Shown here in pieces: positions 54,901 through 64,000 of a stretch of DNA of 64,000 nucleotides. Both the position numbers and the translations under genes were made by a program. Position 1 is the stretch's first letter. Every line of letters starts with the position of its first letter. This stretch comes from Trichoplax sp. H2 (Eukaryota): contig NOWV01000113.1 of NCBI GenBank assembly GCA_003344405.1, positions 124,001 to 188,000 on the forward strand, given 5' to 3'. The notes under the pieces were generated by a model that worked only from the letters and a program-made list of their open reading frames with translations, was not told where the DNA came from and did not search any database.

Positions 54901-57900
54901 TCGAATCTTTTGATGTATACCGTTGATTAATGTGTTGGTAATATTGCAGATCTATCCAAGACGTGAAAATACGTTTTCAGCCTAATCCGACGGAGCCTAC
55001 TCCTTTGTCTTCCGTTACATCAGGTACATTTAGTGCAGTATTTCGATTAACGGCCATGAAACGATTTTGTACTTTATTTATTACTCAACTTTTATTTTTG
55101 CTATATCAAGCTATGCAATCAATCGCCTCAAATCTGGCGAACTCGACGACATCTAATGAATTTTTGCCTAATCTTGAAGACAGTATCTCGATGTTATCTA
55201 CCCAGAATTCTAGCATGGGTACCGTTACGCCATTACAAGTAATGTCTCCTGATGCGTTCGAACTGCCAAAATCAGCGAATACTATTGATGACAACATAGA
55301 TAGTATCGCTTCGTTATCCAAGGCTCCAAATATAGCTACGGAGCCAAAATCTTATGACACATTAGATAGTCAATTTGTACCCAAGGAACAACTGTCACAC
55401 GGTTTAAATGTCGATGAAATCTCTCGGGAAAAGGAACTTGAAACCCCTACTTCAACTCATGATAGTGCTAAAAAAGATTTAATCGATAGTAACATTTCAG
55501 AATCCACAGTTAATGATAACGATGAAGAAGATGTAATCATAGAAGATGACGAAATTGGTGTTGACTATGGAAGCGCTATCGATGAGCAACCATTGGCTTG
55601 CCATGTTGCGACAAATGCTACTACTGATTCCATCAAAGGTACAATTTTGGTTCATAATCATGACACAATCAGGGATAATCATTATATAATTGCATTAATT
55701 TTGATGTATGATGTATCTCTACCAGCCGCCACAAATGAGGAACTAGCAGATAGAATCAGTAGTACTACTAGTAGCAACAGCGAGGGGTTACCATCTGCAG
55801 AGCATGATCACGCTATTCACGTGCCTCCCGCAACTTCAGATGCTACTATGACCCCAGATGTATCTTTTACGCAAAGGTCTATAAATATTTCAATATAGAA
55901 TAATGTTTTATGATTTTATAATCCTTTGCCGTTAGCTTTAATAACTGTATTGAAATATGTTTGCAATGTAGGGCATCCGAAGTTGATAATCTTGCATCTG
56001 ATGGCAAGCAGGTTGAAACTTATTAACTTGCAAGCTAGTTACCGCTAACATTGATGGCTGGATAATTAAAAGCATTTATCCTATGTTTCAGGTGGTAGAA
56101 CAATTAAAAAGCATTATTATAATGTTGAACGCCCAGAAGTCTGAAATAAATGACTTGAAAAAGCAGCTGAAAGATTCTACAAGATCCGTAGTTACTAAAA
56201 CTTCCTCTACTGCAAATAATATCAATAACCGATTAAGCAGTTTGCAAAACACTTTACGTCAAGACCGTAAGTCCATAGCATTCATAATTTAATGAGAACT
56301 AATTCATCAGTGTTTATCTTCTATAGTAAATTATCTTATACATTGATTTTAGGCCAACGATTTGATCAATCACAACGTACTCAGCAACAGCAAGAGTATC
56401 AACAACTCGATAAAATTCAAGTCAGCGTAAATCAAGCACAATCTAACACTGTCGGTCGAATTGAAAAAATTATTAAAAATGAAATTAAAACGACCATTAT
56501 TCCTAGTAAGTCATTATTATCCTGCACTTATTTCCACATATTAATCAACACTGCATGAACAGTTTACGAAATCTGTATTATTAGGCATCGTATCAAACGT
56601 CTCATTAATTAAAGGACAATTGCCACGAGATAACGTAAGATATTTTGGTGGAGAGTACATTTAAATTTGTCCTTTTATTCAGATGTTCGCATGACACTAA
56701 TCACTTGCTTTTTTAAACTTTATTAACACGGACGTTAGAAACCTTCGGATGCTGTAGTAAAGCAATCTATTCGTGATTTATTTCTGGACAAGGTGTGTGT
56801 GCATGCTGATAAAATTCTTTCTACACTAACGCTAATATAAAAGGACGTTTTACCAGTTTGATTTCTTATGATTATTTTATAAGGCTGTCATGCAGAGCGT
56901 CGGCGATAGATTGATATCGTCTTTAAAGCCCAATCTTATTAGTGCTTGCCGTGAAAGTTTTGTGAACAATTTAGTACCAGCATTTGAGAAATCTTGTATG
57001 GAAATGATAAAGCAGTTTGATGTTAGCATTCAGAAAGGAATTCAAGACTGTAAGCCTAACTATATTACCTAGTTAGCGTAGTTATATTGTGCTTACATTG
57101 ATACGAGTATCTCTATATGTTCTTCAGATTTAAAACAGACAGAAACATATTTAGAAAAGAGCATACTACAACAGCAAGAGAGCACCAAAGCTGTGTTTGT
57201 AAACGAATTTAAGAATATTGAGTTGAGTCTAAGTCAGAATCAAGATGTTAATAGACATAAGCAGCTATTACAAACCATGTCTACTATGCATCAAACTTTA
57301 GCGGATGAATTTCAGAAGCGCCTAGATAAGTGAGTGAGATAAACAAATTGAATGAGATTATTCTTTATTATAACCATACATATTTTTGAAATAAACTTAA
57401 AAATCGTATATTGGCAGCTTTAAAGCAGAGATTGCAGAATCGGTAAAGCATATTGTTAACGAACAACTCAAGAATGCAGGTAGCGCTACTAACACTGCTA
57501 GTAGTACACCAACTTTGAGCCGAACAGATATTATCAAGGTAGGCCACTATCGGTACTCTAATAAGGTTGAATGTTGAGCTACAATGATTACTTTTCAAAT
57601 TCACTTATAGAAGGAAGTAAAGGCTTTATGCGATCAAGGAAAAGTTGTGGAAGCTTTCCATAAAGTAATAATCTAACTCTGCTCTAAAGAATATCTTGTA
57701 CGCTAATTGATGTACTGATATTAGTTCTTCTATTTGCCTAGGCATTACATACTTCTAATGTTAGCATCGTAACGGAGCTTTGTCGAGATGTTTCCTCATC
57801 TGTTATTTTCACCGGAAATGTTTGTCTTTTATCCCAAGCTATGCTACTATCACTAATACAGTATTTATCTGTGGAGATGACGAACGATATTGAATTAAAG

Positions 57901-58195
57901 ATTGGGTAAATATCAAAGATAACAGTTATAGGAAGGATTATCAATCAACGAATATAAAACGTAACAGTATTTATGATAATGATTGCCATCTTTTCGTTGC
58001 AGTTACTTGGAAGATTGTATAATGGCTCTTGACTTTACCGATGGAGTTACAAAAATGCATGGTGCTAAGATACTGCAAAGTTTATTGGACCACATCAATC
58101 GCATCTTGTTGATGTCAAATGAGTATAAAATATCGTCAACCATTGTAAAAAAGTTGAAAGTTTTAAAGTCTTTGTCGACGTCACATTTAAAGTAG
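51949..58195 (+). CDS. EDC4: Enhancer of mRNA decapping 4 (Ge-1/Hedls)
   Basis: KVKFKTIVDYNWEQRYYYSNTIAVN, KPHDGAPI..LKFCDD, FWRFLITASKFNHEIKIWCTVDWTCLQTI and LSDINRK mark the WD40 region. A Ser/acidic linker and coiled coil (LVPAFEKSCMEMIKQFD) lead to C-terminal LSQAMLLSLIQYLS..YLEDCIMALD. The first exons are uncertain. Confidence 0.92.
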
Positions 58196-59552
58196 ATGTT
58201 AATCTATAAGCATTTTCTGTGGATCTTTACGGTTTTCGTTATTCTATTGATTTTAAGTTAAGACGTTTACTTAACTTAAATCCCCAAGTATTACTGAAAT
58301 TTGTACGATAATTGTTACTTGGAATTACAGTAATTCATTTAATAAACTTTCTTTAACGTATTAATGTCAGCGGCAATGTATACTCCGGATTGGCAGGTTT
58401 CACATAATTTTTCATAGTAATACAATTGCTGTATAAACCTTCAAAGTTTTGTTCCTTATTATTTGATGAATACTTCTACGGTATCTTTGCACTGTACTGT
58501 AAAAAAGGGAACTTCAGTGAAAGTTTTATATGTTTATACAGCAATCACTCTAAAAAAATATTGTAAAACTTTTCATTCAACTTATTACATTGTATATATA
58601 TATATATACAACACGTTTCTATGAAGCTTGTCTATGCATAATTTATATACCGTGTTAAAGCGTAGAACTGCTTTGCTTCTATGTAGATGGGTCAAGTCTC
58701 GAATTTCAAGATAGTTGAACATGTAGGTTAAATTCTAGTATATCTTAATTTGTTGATGTTGCCTATTAACAGAAATATGTTAAATTTTAACTGCTTGGTA
58801 GTACGCATCAATTTTATGTTATTTAAGTTATGTGATGGTGAAAGATAAATACCTAGCCGATTGCTGCACTGTCTTTGATAACTTTATAGATACAATTTTA
58901 ATTCAACCGAACAAATGACCTTTATCGAATTTTTGTTATACTGTACTCATGATAATACCCTTTTTAGTATTGGAGCAATATATGCGACATGTGAGTACAG
59001 CAAATCGGTGTTTAAATCCTAATTAACAGTTGAGATATTATGTAGCAAATAAACGAACAGCAAATGCGATATGACGACTGAGAGATAGCTTAATTTCATA
59101 TTGAAGGTGAAAAGTGTCTTAGAAAATGTATAGTTAAATGAAAGTATTATAATGTAGCAGCCTTGTGCCTTAAAAGGTAGTCTGAATACCATAGAATGTG
59201 AAAAGTGTCTTAGATAAAGTAGCCGAGTATGTGGCTAATAAATAATGCATTGTAAAGTCATTACTTTGTGCAGTTATAATTTAGCTATTGTTACTGATAT
59301 ACAAAATTTCTAATCCTTATATTAGTGACTAATGAAATCCAGTGATGATAAACTGTATAACAGAAGTCGTGCTATCTCCGATAGCTGCAACAGTTAGCTG
59401 GCTAAGTGGTCAGACATAGAACTTTTACTTTCAAATCTATCCTACTGTACTATTAGTGACTGAAATGTTGTTGTAAAAAAAAATAACTTGATACTATTTC
59501 AACCCATCTAAAGTAAGAAAAGCCTCAGTCCTTTTCCTTAGCCTGCTAGCGA

Positions 59553-59570
59553 CCCCCCCCCCCCCCCCCC
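59553..59570. repeat. C18 homopolymer (G18 on the minus strand)
   Basis: Directly visible run between EDC4 and the WD40 gene. Confidence 0.9.
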
Positions 59571-60042
59571 TACTGTTGGTACAAATGAATGCATAGGCTA
59601 GAAAATGCTCTTACAGTCGTATACGAGACCTTACACATAGATGGATTTGTTGATTTAAAGAACACGTATACCTACGCTAGAATTTATGCATCAAAGCTTG
59701 ATAAAATTAATTGATAGATGAGATAATCATACAATATACGATTAACTAAAATTTGTAGTATGGAATGAATTAATTAGTAGCCGCCAACATAACCAATCCT
59801 GTACCACCCTTGCAGCTATAACTGCTTCCGCTGTCACTTTACTTGTGATATACAGTAAAACACCTTGAAAGCATTCCTTGAAATCTTTCCTACTCATCTA
59901 AGTAAACTTAAAATGCCTTATTGGCCGTTTTAACCTTTACTTGTCAAGTACATTATCGCATAGAAAGCTTTCATCATAACGTATATCATGCTCAGAGTTG
60001 CAACTGTACTGCAGAGCTCAATAAAATTAATCGAACAATGGC

Positions 60043-60056
60043 GTCGCCAAGGCGAC
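60043..60056. promoter_or_regulatory. Palindromic X-box (RFX)-like element about 200 bp upstream of the WDR88-like gene
   Basis: GTCGCC-AA-GGCGAC versus the RFX consensus GTTGCC-AT-GGCAAC. It is immediately preceded by a YY1-like AACAATGGC. Confidence 0.4.
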
Positions 60057-60256
60057 TAATTATAATCGTTAATTAGGGACTAGCCCTATTATTATACATG
60101 GTTCCAAACACTTTACTAATGTATACTAGCAGAACAAATTTTTATCTATCAGAATTGGTATAGAATTACTAACTTTATCCAAGTGATTCTAGCCAGAAGA
60201 GGAAAGACTGTTATTATCACTATCTTATTTAATTCTTATTCGTACTCAAGAGTAAA

Positions 60257-63200
60257 ATGGGCGATTCAGAAACACCGATTAGCGCTGGGAATTGGGAGCA
60301 TTCCAAGTTAGCCCAAGTAAGCTGATAAAAATTAATATAAGTAGAATAACATTACAATAGCTACGATATTTGTTCATCATGATGACTTTTCTTTATGAGA
60401 TGAATCCAAATGTCCTTTTTCAATATCTTAACTTCTTGGTCTAAACATTATACGTACGATGGATGGTTGATAAGATCTTCAAGTTATTAATCTTGGCGAT
60501 GATTTATCTGATAAATATTATCAAAAATATTTACTCTATAGCATAGATGATAGCAATATTCTATTACCTGTTAATACATTTATTATTATCATATTGAACC
60601 AGATATGAACTAATGATAGTTGTTGTGATTATAATGAAGAGCCACTAGGGTGCAACTAGCCAATAACTGTAACTTAACTTCTCCATCCATATTCAATATC
60701 GAGCACCTACTGTTTTTCCACGCCTTTACGCCAATTACTTTCTAGTAATTATTATGAACGTCGGTCTCAATTCACTTTTACGACTGATCTACCTATCGCA
60801 GATTATTAAAGAATCGGTAGTAGTCGTTCCTTACACTTGCAAGTCCTTGTTTCCTATCTGATTCCTGACTGCACTAATGTTAAGCTTCAAAGTTGCTCTT
60901 ATTGGTTTCCTCTACTTACTATCGACTGACTTACTTTCCTACTGACTTAATGATATTTATGCTTGCTTATTTAACTACTATCTCATTTTTTATAAGTTTA
61001 AATTAGATTTTAGTACCAATTAGTACTTTCTCTTACTTATACATCTACCATACTGCACTAAAAATTGCTACCAATTCTTCTTAGTTAACACCTAATTCCT
61101 TACTACGCTTAAGCCAAACTTTTAAGCTTATTGGCTGTTACTACTTTAAATTCGCTATTACTCCTTCCCCTTTCTCACTTAAGATATTTATTTATTTACT
61201 TGTCAGGGTCTTTACTGCGTCAAGTAGTAGAACCTGTTGTTTGTTTTCTATCTAATTTTTGACCAGACTTATTTTTAACTTTAAAATAGCGCCTGCTCCA
61301 CCTTTCTGTTTACTTACTTTACCATCTGGTTCTATATTGAAGCAAGTTTCAAAGTAGAGTTATTATTATTCCTACCTTTGACTTATTTTATTAGCATTTG
61401 GCTCTTAACTTCACTAAATTCTAGACTAATCCTGACCTAAAGTCCGTCTTATTCCTTTCCTTTACTTACTGGCTTTGATAGCTACCCTATACGGATCAAA
61501 TACTAGTTTATGAATCCTGTTGCTATTTTCCTCGATTTAATTACTTCAATAGCTAGTTTAGTAGTAGTAAGCTCAATATTAACTTCAAAAGCCGCGTAAC
61601 TAGCTAATCTTCAAATTGCAGTCACTTTATCACTTGTTTTACATACTCGTTTACCGTACTGTATAATAATTCTCCACCACGCCAAATTCTAGCTTTATCG
61701 TCAATCATCACTAATTGTAGCCGCCTTATAATAGCGGCGATTTCATAATCGGAATAGACAGTAGTCGCATCAATATATATTGTTATATGATCGACTATTT
61801 TTTAAGCAACTGTATTTGAAGGCCCACGAAAGCTACATAATCCAACTTTGATCTTATAATGAATAAACAACAACTAAGATTAGTCAGTACATGCAGCAAT
61901 GTCAGTGACAAATCTGAGGTATCAGTCTTATGCGATTCCTCTGGAGAGGTATAATTTGTAGACTTAATAACGTAGTAATCAGTTGCTATAGAGTATTCAG
62001 TATTGAATAATATGTTTTATTTTCTCTGTTATAATGAGAGTTAATCTTGGCTGTTTTTATCCGCATTTCTAGGTTCGAATGAAAGTTTTTCGTGGTCATT
62101 TCGATGCTATTAATTCATGCCAATTTTGCAATCGAGATTCACTAATTTTATCCGCATCGAATGATAAAACAATTCGATTTTGGGTAAGATTAATCTCTAA
62201 AAAGATAGTGCAAAACCTGAATATGCAAGTGGTATACCAGAACAACTTTACCTAGGATCTTTAAATGTCACTAAATTTAGCAGGTAGCATCAATTACTTA
62301 CCGTAACGAAATATTAATTTTTTAAGGAAAGCGATGGTGGAAGCCAATTGCAAAGTTTAAACTTACATACAGATATAATTTCTTGTTGTCGTGTAAACTC
62401 AAAAACGGACCCGTAAGTTATTTTAAATTCAGACTGCTTTCGTACCGGTATTAAGTAATTTGTAAGTAATGGCTAGCAGTATTTCCAGATTTCTTTTCAA
62501 TTTTCCTAACTTTCCTAGTAAATTTTCATTTGTTACATCGAGTTGGGATAAATCGGTAGCAAAATGGGATGGAGAAACCGGTCAAAATCTGGTAAGAATA
62601 AAACTGGAATAGTTTTAACTTTGTGTCTGCGATATCATGCCATGACTACATAGATCTTAGAAGCCATTCACTATTACTTATATGGATTATTTATTACGAT
62701 ATATGCAGTGGAGAGGCTTTCATGATGGTATTGTTACTACTTGTGCAATATCATCTGATGCCCATGTCATAGTGTCAGCATCCGATGGCGACTATGTCAT
62801 AAAAGTATGGGATACAAGAACCGACGAAAATGCAGTCCATACTATTAAAAGTAATTATAGACAATCAATATTGGCATAGCTAAGAATTAATATTAGATTT
62901 TTAATCATAGATGATCAAGATACTAACCTTTAAAATTAGATATCTTACAAGACAAGTTCTTGAACTAAATGCATTAGCAATTACAACTTCAATCTGCATA
63001 TTACTCCTATCTTCAGTCATACAGGGTTTTGATCTAGATACATTTCTTGAAGAATTAGACAACTTCCTGGGATATAGTAAATTGCTAAATTAGATACGTT
63101 ATCAATAAATACGATCTATGTATTACTGAATTTTCAGTTACAAAGCATCGGATTTAAAAGCAAAGTACTAAAAATTAGATTTTTCTATGATAACTATTGA

Positions 63201-64000
63201 ATTAAAGATATAATTAAAAATGACTCGGCTTGTCTTTACCGGAGTTTTAGTTTTGAAGCATCTGACTTACATACCAGTTACAGAATTAGATATTTCCTAT
63301 ATCAATTAGCCTCAAATTAGATCGATATATCACCAGATCTTTAATCATGTTTGACTACGTGCTAAATCTTTAAAATTAGATGCCTTATACATTGACCTTT
63401 ACACCTAAATATCTTATATACTGTACTAAAGTGTTAATAAATATTTTGAAGTAGGCTCAACTTGTATTCATTATTACCGTACATTTTTAATTATATCGGT
63501 ATATCATCTCCTAAAATTTATCGGATATACCTTACAGTAGATTCTTATGTAGATTCTTAGGTAAAAAAATAAATAAATTATGAATAAGATACTGATAACC
63601 ATTAACTTGATCTGCATATGAAAAGATTTTCATCGTGGATCCGTTACTAGTATCGCCTTCCATCCGGATAATTCAAGGATTTGCACGACATCATCAGATA
63701 TGACAGCAAGAATATGGGATTTTAACTCTACATCAACAACAGCTCAATTAAGGTTAAGATAATAGCAGCAAATTGTTCTTAGAGCTATTCTAGAATATTA
63801 GTGTTTGTTGTTAATTACAATCAAAATGCAGCTGGAAACTGAATTTGTCTTATTAACAGTAAAATAAATTTTCTCGTAAATTAGTGGGCACAAAAATATT
63901 GTTAGCTGCTGTGCGTTCTCCAACAATGGACGCATGTTATGTACTGGCTCTTGGGATAAATCTCTGCATCTTTGGGATATTGCCACTGGTTCATATAGGT
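60257..64000 (+). CDS. WDR88: WD40-repeat protein, WDR88-like (3' end beyond the window)
   Basis: [51 protein letters not shown]-...[29 protein letters not shown]..[24 protein letters not shown]..[38 protein letters not shown]. The layout recalls vertebrate WDR88. Confidence 0.8.
60640..61746 (-). mobile_element. Strand-skewed, coding-like relic in WDR88 intron 1; probably a decayed LINE endonuclease + tether
   Basis: One minus frame (about 61410-60775) has no TGA but about 21 TAA/TAG. It reads [53 protein letters not shown], resembling APE-endonuclease ETWL/RGGGVAI and tether RNY..F..L..VDW..DVN..Y motifs. Confidence 0.4.
62880..63420 (+). pseudogene. Degenerate leucine-rich-repeat-like coding relic inside a WDR88 intron
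   Basis: About 8 recurrences of (A/G)AATTAGA(T/C), i.e. K/E-L-D, within about 520 bp. Fragments read FLEELD, KLDTLSI and [32 protein letters not shown]. Frameshifted. Confidence 0.35.

Noticed and set aside
55860-55971. EDC4 intron starting GTATCTTT as a U12 candidate
   Set aside because: No CCTTAAC-like branch point near the acceptor; it is most likely an ordinary U2 intron.
61000-61300. Protein-kinase-like look of KGGAGAI..AVKTL..SLKVWLK in the minus frame
   Set aside because: No HRD, DFG or APE remnants follow, and LINE endonuclease/tether motifs fit at least as well.
60661-61740. Idea that the island is a mirror (reversed or complement-only) copy of a gene
   Set aside because: The dinucleotide bias suggested it, but translating the complement and the reverse gave stops in the frames I checked and no sustained ORF.

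Overview
AT-rich, gene-dense eukaryotic DNA with short spliceosomal introns and animal-type genes. It looks like a compact basal-metazoan genome, most likely a placozoan such as Trichoplax; this is inferred and not proven. Manual exon stitching supports 12 protein-coding genes: JNK (-), an ICME-like alpha/beta hydrolase (+), HERC3/4-type E3 ligase (-), a small secreted prepropeptide (-), a UGT (-), ANKS6 (+), PDCD6/ALG-2 (-), DHRS7 (-), GPAA1 (+), TPRKB (-), EDC4 (+) and a WDR88-like WD40 gene (+, runs off the window). The most notable observations are: (1) a two-exon prepropeptide ending RRR-HWWVL-GKK-stop, a candidate amidated neuropeptide or antimicrobial peptide; (2) minor-spliceosome (U12-type) introns in GPAA1, apparently with rare AT-AA ends, and in JNK; (3) a UGT with a degenerate UDP-sugar-binding signature; (4) several badly decayed LINE ORF2-like relics and an LRR-like relic in intergenic or intronic DNA; (5) three tandem repeat arrays and a TACAG/CTGTA motif that clusters upstream of genes. 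Exon boundaries were read by eye and several 5' ends are uncertain.
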